Source: Octopus sinensis
Lineage: Eukaryota
NCBI RefSeq assembly: GCF_006345805.1
Contig: NC_043010.1
Span: 51,150,001 to 51,214,000 of the forward strand
DNA length: 64,000 nt
Direction: 5' to 3'
Under the pieces are notes generated by a model. It made no database searches and was not told the origin of the DNA. It saw only the letters and a program-made list of their open reading frames with translations. The position numbers and the translations under genes were made by a program. Of this stretch, positions 25,069 to 37,873 are shown piece after piece (positions within the stretch are counted from its first letter, which is position 1; each line of letters starts with the position of its first letter).

Positions 25069-27899
25069 CTGAATAAAAAAAACGTGTCACATTAACAGCT
25101 AATTACTACAATTGTTTTAATATAACGCCTTTCAACAATTACACATGCAAAAGCACTTCAATCCATAAACACCAGCAGAAGTGCCAGACCCAGGACTTCA
25201 TAGTATCATTCAGGGCCAGAATAGAATACAGGCAACCTCTGAATCAAGGAGGCCATCCTTATTACAAGCTGAAGCCAGCTTTAAACACTAGAAAAGAGCT
25301 ACATGAAGCAGGCTGGCTGTTATAACAACACCAGTCTGTGTATGTCCTTATCCTCTTCCACATATCTGAGCAATGACTTATATCATCTCTCTCTTTTCCA
25401 TGTCTCCTGAGGAAGAGGTCATAACTCCAAAATATCAAAATACAAGGTAAAACTTCAACTGTTGTTCTGTTTTCACTTTTCTAGTTCACTTTGTATTTCA
25501 TTTTTGCACTGTTTTGACATTTTTATCCAATTACTTATTAATTATAAACACAACAATTTTTATTGATATTTGCATTACCCTTCTTTGCTGCTAGTAATTA
25601 TCCATTTTCTATGCCACTCAGTTTTGACATCCATCACATTCAATGCTACCAAGAATTTCTACAAGTATACACTGCACACACTCTTGTTCAAGATTCTGTG
25701 CTATTATTGTTTCCTTGCCATTGCTTTCTCCTTGTCAGCCAGGAAACAACAAAAAGATATAGCCATTATTTTTGAAAACATTTTTCAATGAACAGCATTT
25801 TTAAAGCATTTGTTACTTAATTGGTTTGACTGAGAAGTTGAAATTATTAGCAAAATGACTGGCATAATTTAAACCCTTTAGCATTCATATTATTCTGTCA
25901 AATGTAAGTTTTATTTATTCACTTTGTTTTGAATTAATCTTGCATTATTTCAAAGTTTCAAGATTTCGATGGCATGCTTGTTTAATTTTGGAATGGTGCA
26001 AGAGGCTAGATCTGGCTGGTTTGAACATAAAAAAAATAGAATATTTAGACCGGATATGGCTAAATGCTAAAAGGTTAATGTTACACACAAATAATATTTC
26101 TTTCTTTTTCTTTCTTTTACTTGTTTCAGTCATTTGACTGTAGCCTGCTGAGGCACCGCTTTTAGTCGAGCAAATCGACCTCAGGACTCATTATTTGTAA
26201 GCCTAGTACCTATTCTTCCGGTCTCTTTTGCCGAACCACTAAGTTATGGGGACGGCAACACACCAGCATCGGATGTCAAGCTATGTTAAGGGGACAAACA
26301 CAGACACACAAACTTATACACACAGATACATTTATATATATATACATATATATGACAGGCTTTTTCAGCTTCCATCTACCAAATCCACTCACAAGGCTTT
26401 GGTCGGCTCGAGGCTATAGTAGAAGACACTTGCCCAAGGTGCCACGCTGTGGGACTGAACCCGGAACCATGTGGTTGGTAAGCAAGCTACTTACCACATG
26501 GCCACTCCTATCTTAAAGCAATTACATACTCACACACAGACTCACACACATAAATACACATCAAGCCATATCTTAGAGCAGGCAACATATTTGATTATCT
26601 TTGACATTTCAAAAATTCTCTAATATTTGACACGTTGTTCATCATCTAAACAAATATATAAAAAGCAACCGATTGACTTTGGTCGCAATTATTAAAGCTA
26701 AATACATATTGTCTAAGAGGGTTACGATACCCTCCTCCCTCCCTCCTTCTCTTCCCTTCATCCACCATTACTTCTTCCCCTCCCTTACTCTTTCCTCCTC
26801 CCCTCCTCCTTCTCCCCCTCCCCCTCTTCCTCCTCCACCACCCCCTTCTCCTCCTCAACCACCACCACCTCCTCCTCATCATCATTGTTTTAATGCATGG
26901 GTCAGATGGAATTTTCTGAGGCAAATTTTCTATGACCAGACGCACTTCTTATCCTTAACCTTCACCTGTCTTTAAGCAAAATAATATTTTCCCATGGTCA
27001 AACAGAAATGCTTTCAAGAAAGCCTGGAAACAAATGACATTGCTTGTATGACAGTCACATTCATTTCCTACTATTATTGGATATCAAGTCAAAGATGCAC
27101 GAGTGGCTGTGTGGTAAGTAGCTTGCTAACCAACCACATGGTTCCGGGTTCAGTCCCACTGCGTGGCATCTTGGGCAAGTGTCTTCTGCTATAGCCCTGG
27201 GCTAACCAATGCCTTGTGAGTGGATTTGGTAGACGGAAACTGAAAGAAGCCTGTCGTATATATGTATATATATATATGTGTGTATATGTGTTTATGTGTC
27301 TGTGTTTGTCCCCCTAGCATTGCTTGACAACCGATGCTGGTGTGTTTACGTCCCCGTCACTTAGCGGTTCGGCAAAAGAGACCGATAGAATAAGTACTGG
27401 GCTTACAAAGAATAAGTCCCGGGGTCAATTTGCTCGACTAAAGGCGGTGCTCCAGCATGGCCGCAGTCAAATGACTGAAACAAGTAAAAGAGTAAAAGAG
27501 TAGAGTAATACATGCACACACGCATACACACACACATGCATGCTCACACATATATGTGTGTGTGTGTTACTGTCTCCTTGCATAATAGTTGTAAACAAGT
27601 GACATCGTCATGCGAATGGTGTCTGTCATTTCCCATCTTCTGTGAAAAACATGTCTGGTCATGGGCAAATATTGCTTTCCTTGGAAACAGGTAAGGGTTG
27701 GCAACAGGAAGAGCATTCAACCAAAGAAAATCTGCCTCAATAAATTCAGTCCAACCCATACAAACATGGGACAGCAGATGCTAAAACTATGAATATATAT
27801 ATATATATATGCATAGGCGCAGGAGTGGCTGTGTGGTAAGTAGCTTGCTTGTGAGTGGATTTGGTAGACGGAAACTGAAAGAAGCCTGTCGTATATATG

Positions 27900-27930
<31 letters not shown>

Positions 27931-29114
27931 TTGTGTGTCTGTGTTTGTCCCTCTAGCATTGCCTGACAACCGATGCTGGTGTGTTTACGTCCCCATCACT
28001 TAGCGGTTCGGCAAAAGAGACCGATAGAATAAGTACTGGGCTTACAAAGAATAAGTTCCGGGGTCGATTTGCTCGACTAAAGGCGGTGCTCCAGCATGGC
28101 CACAGTCAAATGACTGAAGCAAGTAAAAGAGAAAAAGAGTATATATATATGTATGTATGCATATATATCTATCTTTCTATCTACCTCTCTCTCTCTCTCT
28201 CCCTCTCACGCTCTATCTATCTATCTATCTATCCATCTATTAGAGATGTACTCGCATAGCAAGTGATTTGATCTGAGATCGTGTGCTGGAACAAAAACAA
28301 TTGCAGCGTGGAAGGTGTTTGTAAGCCATTTAAGAAACACACAAGAGCCATTCGATTGTATAGCTTGTGTCTATAGTAGAAAAGATTGCTTGACAACTGG
28401 TGTTTGTATGTTTATATCCCTATATCTACTATAGACTCAAGGCCTGAAAATTTGGGGAAGGGGCAAGTCGATTACATCGACCCCTGTGCGAAACTAGTAC
28501 TTAATTTATCGACCCCAAAAGGATGAAAGGCAAAGTCAACCTCGGCAGAATTTGAACTCAGAACGTAACGGTAGACGAAATACCTATTTGTTTACTAAAA
28601 ACAAGGGGTTAAACATAGAGAGGACTAACAAGGACAGACAAACGGATTAAGTCAATTATATCGACCCCAGTGCGTGAATGGTAATTATTTAATCGATCCC
28701 GAAAGGATGAAAGACAAAGTCGACCTCGGTGGAATCTGAACTCAGAACATAGCAGCAGGCAAAATACCACTAAGCATTTCGTCCAGTGTGCTAACGATTC
28801 TACCAACTTGCCACCTTCACCAGTTGTCAAGTAATGGTGAGGGACAAACACAAACACATGCACACACATATGATAGGTTTCCTTCAGTTTCCAAATCTTC
28901 TCACAAGGTTTTGGTTGACCTAAAGCTATAGTAGAAGACCCTTGTTCAAGATACTACACAGTGGGACTGAACCTGTAACCATGTGGTTGTGAAGCAATCT
29001 TCCTACCACACAACCACAATCAATTTTACCCCCTGCATACTGATTTAGTAATATAGTGATACATTTACAGAATATTCACAAGAAACACATATATAGAGTT
29101 ATCGTTATACATAC

Positions 29115-29232
29115 AATTTATGTGCTGGCCGTGGGTAGTATGCTACTGATGTACTTATAGAATATGAGGTAAATGAACAGCTACGGATACAATTACACAT
29201 ATTCAAATGTGATTTGTTTGAAAAGAATTCGT
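29115..29232 (-). CDS. DEG/ENaC channel, exon 6 (DEFFSNKSHLNMCNCIRSCSFTSYSISTSVAYYPRPAHK)
   Basis: Acceptor ttcttctattttcag|AC, donor TT|GTATGT, 118 nt, phase 1-2. CxCxxxC...Y...S...P motif. Confidence 0.88.
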
Positions 29233-29460
29233 CTGAAAATAGAAGAAAGAAATAAAAGTCCTTTATATATATTCTCGGCTGAAATCTGGAATATGAGTTG
29301 TTTTGACAGGTGTGGCCATGCAGTTAAGATGCTTGCTCTCCAATCTTGTGGTCTTGGGTTCTGTCCATCAGTGTGACACAATAAGTAAGTGTCTTCTACT
29401 TAGTCTCAGGCTGATCAAAGCCTTGTAAGTGTATTTGGTAGATGGAAACTAAAACCCATC

Positions 29461-29497
<37 letters not shown>

Positions 29498-29666
29498 CTC
29501 ACACACATACACATATATATACACATATATACACATATAATGGTGTGAAATTGTTAGGATATTTTGGGTGATAACTGACGAGGAATTAGCAACGTTCTGC
29601 TTTGTGTGTGAATTTTCTGTTTGTTCCTTTGTCGCATTTCTGCTCAAATTTTGAAATGTTTATATG

Positions 29667-29697
<31 letters not shown>

Positions 29698-29879
29698 GAA
29701 TATTTGAGTAGTTGAATGAATTATCTTGTTAAGGATAATTCGGTTAATTCGATACCTGGGTAGCAAATTCACATCAGAGAAGACACGTTTGAAGTTACGT
29801 GCTTTTGTGTGGAAATTTGAATGTTTTTTTAAAAATATAAATATATGAAAGAATGGAGTTGAACGACGAATTAACAAAA

Positions 29880-29979
29880 TTCTTTTATTTTCGACATATG
29901 TTTCGAAGGCTGCATATTCCTAATTGCGAAGGAATAAGGAGTATATTATGCCGCTTTCTCATCAGGAAAAGCAAGGAAC
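29880..29979 (-). ncRNA. Type I minimal hammerhead ribozyme motif (Penelope-like), sense to the channel pre-mRNA
   Basis: cttttc-CTGATGA-[gaaagcggcata...tatgcagccttc]-GAAA-catat-GTC-gaaaa. Core is intact, stem I pairs ttttc/gaaaa, stem III is palindromic, and stem II has two mismatches. Confidence 0.7.
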
Positions 29980-30106
29980 TTATGTCAACATCAAGATGCA
30001 CAAAAAACTTTCAGATGACTGCTCACACGGAGCCCATAGTGATAATCTATGGGCTCCGTGTGAGCAGTCATCTGAAAGTTTTTTGTGCATTTTGATGTTG
30101 ACATAA

Positions 30107-30206
30107 GTTCCTTGCTTTTCCTGATGAGAAAGCGGCATGATATACTCCTTATTCCTTCGCAATTAGGAATATGCAGCCTTCGAAACATATGTCAAAAATA
30201 AAGGAA
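30107..30206 (+). ncRNA. Type I minimal hammerhead ribozyme motif, mirror copy on plus strand
   Basis: CTGATGA 30121-30127, GAAA 30182-30185, GTC 30191-30193. The first stem I pair is a C-A mismatch and the distal ttcctt/aaggaa pairing is intact. Confidence 0.6.
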
Positions 30207-30957
30207 TTTTGTTAATTCGTCGTTCAACTCCATTCTTTCATATATATATATATAAAATTTAGATTCAGGAACTTAGGTACTTAATTTAAAGGCACTAGAA
30301 TTTAGTATGGTATTATCCATATAATTCAAAACGGGGTGATTATAATCAAAATAAGCAACAAGGATACCTCTAGATATCCTTGTTACTTATTTACTTATTT
30401 TGATTATATATATACAGCAAATAAGAAAATGGAGAGGATACAAAACGACATACATCATCCGGTAGACATTCCAGTGTGTCTATTTATTCCAAAGCATTAG
30501 AAAATATTAGAAGAAAGCATAAGATCTTTTGCTCTTCTCTGTAATATTAATACGGGGACGTAAAAACAACAACATCATTGTCAATCGATGTTGGAGGGGG
30601 CAAACACAGACACACACACATACATATATACGACAGGCTTCTTTCAGTTTCCGTTTACCAAATCCACTCAGAAGACTTTGATCGGCCCGAGGCTATAGTA
30701 GAAGACACTTGCCTGAGGTGACTGACAGTGCAGGGTAGCACCTACATTACTAGAAATAAGAGTTAAAAGCCTTTATAGCCACAGGAAGCTCATGTCTATG
30801 CACCGACGGGGGAGATAACCACCCCACAGCAAGCGATACTAGTCTAGTTTTGCTTTGAATTAAAGCTCCTCAGTGATGACTACTCCATCACTGAATGGTT
30901 TAGCTAAATTCCAACTGTCAGTATAATACACACATACATACACACATACATACATAC

Positions 30958-30988
<31 letters not shown>

Positions 30989-31009
30989 AACATATATACA
31001 TCATCATCA

Positions 31010-31405
31010 TCATCATCATCGTTTAACGTCCGCTTTCCATGCTAGCATGGGTTGGATGGTTCAACTGGGGTCTGGGGAGCCCGAAGGCTGCACCGGGCCA
31101 GTCAGATCTGGCAGTGTTTCTACAGCTGGATGCCCTTCCTAACGCCAGCCACTCCGAGAGTGTAGTGGGTGATTTTATGTGCCACCGACACAGGTGCCAG
31201 ACGAGGCTGGCGAACGGCCATGCTCGGATGGTGTTTTTTATGTGCCACCGACACAGGTGCCAGACGAGGCTGGCAGACGGCCACGCTCGGATGGTGTTTT
31301 TTATGTGCCACCGACACAGGTGCCAGATGAGGCTGGCAGACGGCCACGCTCGGATGGTGTTTTTCATGTGCCACCGACACAGGTGCCAGACGAGGCTGGC
31401 AGATA
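31010..31405 (+). mobile_element. RTE-related short element family E with (CAT)n end and about 63-bp internal tandem units; copies at about 13540-14310, 23100-23470, 36160-36430, 38150-38760, 41880-41980, 43480-43740, 55950-56100
   Basis: Shared CTACAGCTGGATGCCCTTCCTAACGCC core. Some copies run into RTE 3'-end sequence (GTCACTAGTCATTGCCTC). Confidence 0.85.
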
Positions 31406-31491
31406 AATATATATATATATGTTTGTATGTATGTATACACACACACACACACACACATAACATACATATATATATATATATATTATATATA

Positions 31492-31547
<56 letters not shown>

Positions 31548-32735
31548 TGTATGTATGTAAGTATGTATGTATGTATGTATATGATGGACTCATACTTTCC
31601 ATCAACCGAATTCACTCACAAGATGTCATACAGTTTGAGCTCAAAACCACATTGTTTAATGAATGAGCTTCTTAACCACACACCCACATAAAATGTGGAC
31701 AGCAATTTAAATAAATAAAATGTTATTAGAATGGAAATATATGTATTTTTTATGGAATGACGTCAGGATATATAACTTGGATTGTGATTGCAAACATATA
31801 GCATTGTGTTATTGGCGTTTACGTCTGAAATACAGATGCTGCTGTGAAAATAAATACTGAAATATTAATATATTAGACACAACTGATTATAGGTTTCCTG
31901 TTTAAATATTATTAGGTTGAGGGAAAAGTTTGTGCACTGTGTTAAAATAATGTTTTTTTTATATATTTTTGTGGGAGGCACAATGGCCTAGTGGTTAGGG
32001 CAGCGGACTCGCGGTTTCGATTCCCAGTCCGGGCGTTGTGTGTGTTTATTGAGCGAAAACACTGAAAGGTCTATGAGGCTCAGGTAGAGGGTGGTGGCAA
32101 CCCCTGCTGTACTCTTTCGCTCCAACTTTCTCTCACTCTTTCTTCCTGTTTCTTGAGTAACGCTGCAATGGACTGGCATCCCGTCCAGCTGTGGGGAACA
32201 CATACGCCACAGAAACTGGAAAACCGGGTCCACGAGCCTGGCTAGGCTTGAAAAGTGCACATAAATAAATAAACAAATATATTTTTGTGGTGTGTGTGTT
32301 AATTCAGTTCATGTCATGTTCAGTAGTGACTCACTGTGTCTGTGTGTCCAGACATTGCTCCATCTGACTATGGTCTTTTTTGATCAATGCAGCACTTTAT
32401 GAAGGTCGCCGATTTAGGGTCATTCGATGAAGCTGAAGAAGCCTATAAAATGACTCTGCCCTGTCAGAGAATGTTTCAAATCAAAGTTGAAGGATTGGTA
32501 CTTTGACCAAATCCAAAAGCTTGCAGATTGTTGACTGAAGGTCATGGAAAATGCTGGTCTTTATTTTGAAGAATAGTTGTTGTTTTTGAATAAATTCTTG
32601 CATAAAAATGGCTGAAACAAGTAAAGAGTATTGATATTGTTGTTGCTATCATTGCCGTCATCATCATTGCTCTTATCATCATTATCATCACTGTCATCAT
32701 TCTTGTCATCTTCATCAACATCATCATCATCATCG

Positions 32736-32813
<78 letters not shown>

Positions 32814-32838
32814 CAAATATAAAGAAAACAATACTTAC

Positions 32839-32895
32839 CAGTAGCACTTTTTTCACAGGTTATATATTCCCGAAATGTACATCTACGATTATTTC
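32839..32895 (-). CDS. DEG/ENaC channel, exon 5 (GNNRRCTFREYITCEKSAT)
   Basis: Acceptor ttttttttattttgaag|GA, donor G|GTAAGT, 57 nt, phase 1-1. The C-x7-C spacing is like ASIC CTPEQYKEC. Confidence 0.85.
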
Positions 32896-35740
32896 CTTCA
32901 AAATAAAAAAAAATATTTTTGAAATCTCTATTATAAATGTAATAAACTGTGATGTAATTCATTAGAAATTTGAACAATATATTCTTTTCTACTTTAGGCA
33001 CCAGGACCGAAACTTTGGGGAGTAGGGGGCAATAGATTAGATCGACCCTAGTAAGCAACTGGTACTTGATTCATCGACCCCAAAAGGATGAAAGGCAAAG
33101 TTGACCTCGGTGGAATTTGAACTCAGAATGTTAAGACAGACAATTTGAATAATATATTCTTTTCTACTCTAGGCACAAATTTTGGGAGAGGGGGCCAGTT
33201 GATTAGATCGACCCCAGTAAACAACTGGTACTTAATTTATAAACCCTGAAATTTGAACTCAGAACATAAACTTTTTTTTTTCTACTATAGGCACAAGGCC
33301 TGGATTTTGTGGGGAGGGGGATAGTCGATCACATCGACCCCAGTACTCAACTGGTACTTGATTTACCGACCTTGAAAGGATGAAAGGCAAAGTCGACCTC
33401 GGCGGAATTTGAACTCAGAACGTAGCAGCAGACAAAAAACTGCTAAGCATTTCACCCGGCATGCTAACGATTCTGCCAGTTCGCCGCCTTGATTTGAATA
33501 ATATATTACAAGGACGGACAAGCTGTTCAGCAAAAGAACTACATTTGATATTTTATTAATGTTTAAAGGCTTCATCATACTGTATTTTCAGTCATAGAAG
33601 TCTAGGCCAGAATTTTCAGCCAAAATAGGTAGGTTAAGTTATACACCAAAACAACTTTGGAAGACCAAGAATTCCATGTGAAATGCAGCAAGATTTAGAA
33701 AAATAGTTGACAATGTTTGAATGTTTATACTATATTCTTTTACTCTTTTACATGTTTCAGTCATTTATTAGTGGCCATGCTGGAACACTTTGGCACAAGA
33801 GACTGTCTGGATTAAAATTAACCTTAAGTAGTGAGTGTCAAGGACAAAATTAACTTATAAGAGACCCAACTTTGCATTAGAACCCGGGTGGGTTTTTTTT
33901 TAGATATATTTTTGAAACAAAATGTTCATCATATTTGCCATTAAATGCAGTTCTTTAAAATCAAATTGGGGAGATATTAAATCTGTTTTATGAAAATAGC
34001 ACTAAAACCACAATGGCCTCTGCTCGAGCCACTTTCACTCTGGTATTTCCAGCTGATTTATCTTTCCTTCTCTCATCACCACCATTGTATTCATCCCCAC
34101 TAGACATTTCACTAATCCCTGTGCCTTGTTCTTCTTTGCCAGAACCACTGGAATCCCCAAATACTCCTACTCCTACCTGCTTGTGTCTTTCTTGCAGTTG
34201 TTGCCTTATAAAGGTTCAAGAGAAAGTGATTTCAAATTTTGCCACAAGGCCAGCAATTTTGGGGGGAGAGGGTAAGTGTTCAATTGGTACTTATTTTATT
34301 GACCCTGAAAGGATAAAAGGCAAGTCAACCTCTGCAGAATTTGAACTCAGAACACGAAGATAGATGAAATGCCACTAAACATGTTGCCAGGCATGCTAAC
34401 AATTCTGCCAGCTTTCTGTCTTGTTCAAGAGGAATATTAAAGGCATTAACCCTTTTGTTACTGTATTTATTTTGAGATACTCTGTGTTTCTTTCAATTAC
34501 TTTAAAGAATTTAGTAAAATAACTTGGTTATCATTCAGTTAGTTTTAGGAGCATAAATTGTGACTAAGGTTTGGTGGAAGATTTTAATTCAAAACTTATG
34601 AAAACAAGACATTTATAATCAGAGCCAGAGCCAGTTTCAGCCAGGTTGGTAATGAAAGGGTTAATCTTCCCTCACTAGGAAGGCTCCACTAACCCACCAC
34701 ATGGCAACCTGTGTTGGTTTGTTTGCATCACCATAACTTAGTTGTTTTACAAAGAAAGACCAACAAATAAGACTAGAATAAATGTCAGACATATCAGAAA
34801 GCAAAAATCAAAACGAACAAATACTGGTGTCAGTTTATTTAACAAAACTTTTCAAATTGTGGTCCCAGCATGGCTGCTGTCCAATGACTGGAACAAGGAA
34901 AAGAGGAAAGAATATAAAAGAAAATGTATAAAAGAGGACAGCCTTCGTTACCAATTAACTTAATTACAACTGGAGGAAATGCTGATTGCAACACAAGCTG
35001 CCATAAAAAGCTTATACACTTGATGTTGTCAGTGATCAATCAGGTTGCTAAAGAACACCCGGGGAAAAATCGAAATTTCTACTCTAGCGTCGTATGGTAT
35101 TCTACCGTCAATTATCACTCGACAGGCATATTGAATCAACAACAACAGCTACAACAACGATAACAGTGACAATAACAGCAACAACAACAACAATGACAAC
35201 AAGAAAATCAATGGGAATTGTGAACATTCAATCAAAATTGATTAACTTTCTCCAAAGTAATATTATTAATAGACTAAGGGGAAACCTGGAATGAAGAGAT
35301 TATATACTAAGTGCAAAGAGAGCCAAAAATACACAAGTGAATTATGGCTTTTGATAAACCACAGGAATTGCCAAGTTGAAACACTCAACAACCAGTTAAT
35401 TAACTTTCAGTCAGGAAATGCATGGGGTATACATTTTATTTTTTTTATCTTTTACTTGTTTCATTCATTGGACTGTGACCATGCTGGGGCACTGCCTTAA
35501 AGAATTATTAATTGAACGAATCGATCCCAGAACTTATTATTATTTTTTCTTTTTCTTTTCCTTTAAGCCTGGTACTTATTCTGTTGGTCTCTTTTGCTGA
35601 ACTGCTAAGTAATGGGCATGTAAACACACCAACACCAGTTGTCAAGTGGTGGTGGTGGTGTGGTGGTGGTGTGGTGGTGGTGTGGTGGTGGTGGGGGTGG
35701 GGGAGGGGGAGGGACAAATACTGACACAACACACACACAA

Positions 35741-35771
<31 letters not shown>

Positions 35772-36127
35772 TGACAGGTTTGTTTAAATTTCTGTCTACC
35801 ATATCCACTCACATAGCTTTGGTCAGCTTGAAGCTATAGGAGAAGACACCTGCCCAAGGTGCAACACAGTGAGACTGAACCCAAATTTCTGGCTGAGTGA
35901 ATTGCGTCATGATGTTGTTTTTCTTACAGATGGTGCCCATACTATACTGTGTAGTCTGACCTTACTATACTGTGTAGTCAATACTATACTATACTGTGTA
36001 GTCTATACTACCTGACGATACTATACTGTGTAGTCGACAAAATCAAAAATGGACAATGTGCATATGTGAAATTGAAAATATAAAATGGTGACAATTTACC
36101 TATCGCACCTTGTATACATACATACAG

Positions 36128-36161
<34 letters not shown>

Positions 36162-36334
36162 GCCACTGGACTGACTCCTGTGCAGGTGGCACATAAAAAA
36201 CACCACTTGAGCATGGCCGTTGCCAGTACCGCCTGACTGGCCCTCGTGCTGCTGGCATGTAAAAGCACCCACTACACTCTCATAGTGGTTGGCGTTAGGA
36301 AGGGCATCCAGCTGTAGAAACTCTGCCAGATCAG

Positions 36335-36906
36335 ATTGGAGCTTGGTGCAGCCATCTGGTTTGCCAGTCCACAGTCCACAGTCAAATCATCCAACCCATG
36401 CTAGCATGGAAAATGGAAATTAAACAATGATGATGATGACATTATCCAAAATGTATAGTATTAAATATCCAATCGGTTTCATGTAAAGAATGCAATTGAG
36501 TGTAACAAACTGATTATATAACTTTATATTGGAGCTTGGTGCAGCCATCTGGTTTGCCAGTCCACAGTCAAATCATCCAACCCATGCTAGCATGGAAAAT
36601 GGAAATTAAACAATGATGATGATGACATTATCCAAAATGTATAGTATTAAATATCCAATCGGTTTCATGTAAAGAATGCAATTGAGTGTAACAAACTGAT
36701 TATATAACTTTATATTGGAGCTTGGTGCAGCCATCTGGTTTGCCAGTCCACAGTCCACAGTCAAATCATCCAACCCATGCTAGCATGGAAAATGGAAATT
36801 AAACAATGATGATGATGACATTATCCAAAATGTATAGTATTAAATATCCAATCGGTTTCATGTAAAGAATGCAATTGAGTGTAACAAACTGATTATATAA
36901 CTTTAT
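36335..36906. repeat. Tandem triplication (193, 186, 193 bp)
   Basis: Units start attggagc at 36335, 36528 and 36714. The middle unit lacks one GTCCACA. Confidence 0.95.
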
Positions 36907-37004
36907 GTTCATCAGAGTTAGCTGATATGGAAGTGAATATGGTGACTGCTCTCTAACCCTAACCCTAACCCTTATGGTGTATTATAAGTAAATGAATAAT
37001 GAAT

Positions 37005-37873
37005 GATGGATAAATGTCAGCTCATTACAGCCGTTTCTTACACATTTTTAATAGAAGAATGAGTACATTTCATCACTTCAAAAAACGGTAATCATCAGAT
37101 GAAACATAATTTCAAAACAGAAGTATATCCCACGAACGCAGTGGGAACATGCCTGAAGCCAACCAGAGCTAACAGTGAAATGGGAGAAAAACTGACAAAA
37201 ATTGGCTGTTGTGAGCATTAGCGGGTGGGGTGAGAAAGTGTTATACGGTACTTATGGTCAGTGACTGGGGGAATGGGATAGAAGAAGTAAATTGGAGCAG
37301 CTAAAAGTTTAAAAAAGTGGGTTGCAGGAATGAATAGAAAATAAAAAAGAGGCAAGCTGGCAGAAACTTTAGCACGCCGGGTGAAATGCTTAACCGTATT
37401 TCGTCTACAGCGACATTCTGAGTTCAAATTCCGCCAAGGTCGACTTAGCCTTTCATCTTTACAGGGTCAATTAAATAAGTACCAGTTACGCACTGGGGTC
37501 GTTATAATCAACTTAATCCCTTTGTCCATCCTTGTTTGTCCACTCTATGTTTAGCCCCTTGTGGGCAATAAAGAAATAAGAAGATAAAAAAGATGAAAAA
37601 AGAAATAAATATATGCATAAGAAAAGCACAATTAAGTGACCCCTGGTCACTGAACATAAGTATCATATTACACCTTGTCACCCTCACCCTTTAATGTCCT
37701 TAACAGCCAATTTTTGTTGGTTTTTTCTCTTATTTCATGCTTAGCTTTGGTTGGCTTCAGGCATGTTCCCACTGCATTCTTGGGATATCCTATTCTTTTG
37801 AAATTATGTTTCTTCTGATGATTACAGTTTTTGGGTGTAAGAAATAGCTGTAATGAGCTGACATTTATCCATC
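37005..37873. mobile_element. MITE-like element with about 200-bp degenerate TIRs and a nested SINE (37350-37580)
   Basis: gatggataaatgtcagctcattacagc...ttggctgtt is mirrored at 37703-37873. Confidence 0.75.
37350..37580 (+). mobile_element. SINE family C (GCTGGCAGAA...GAGTTCAAATTC...); many copies, e.g. 1340-1680, 28430-28820, 32980-33490, 34230-34400, 50978-51190, 51715-51890
   Basis: Repeated head with B-box GAGTTCAAATTC and body GCCTTTCATCCTTT...GGTCGATAAA. Confidence 0.88.

Larger units (their letters stand above)
29841..30245. repeat. Near-perfect palindrome: 199-bp arms, 7-nt loop (TGATAAT), about 4 mismatches
   Basis: Direct reverse-complement comparison of 29841-30039 with 30047-30245. 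Confidence 0.97.

Noticed and set aside
25575-25670. Possible knuckle exon (KFLVALNVMDVKTEWHRKWIITSSKEG, donor GG|GTAATG)
   Set aside because: It needs a phase 0 acceptor with a poor pyrimidine tract, whereas exon 6 ends in phase 2 at a strong donor.
31180-31400. CRISPR-like regularly spaced repeats
   Set aside because: These are about 63-bp tandem units with no unique spacers inside a SINE-like element; eukaryotic context and no cas genes.
36953-36972. (CTAACC)3 telomere-like tract
   Set aside because: Only three units; too short to call an interstitial telomere.
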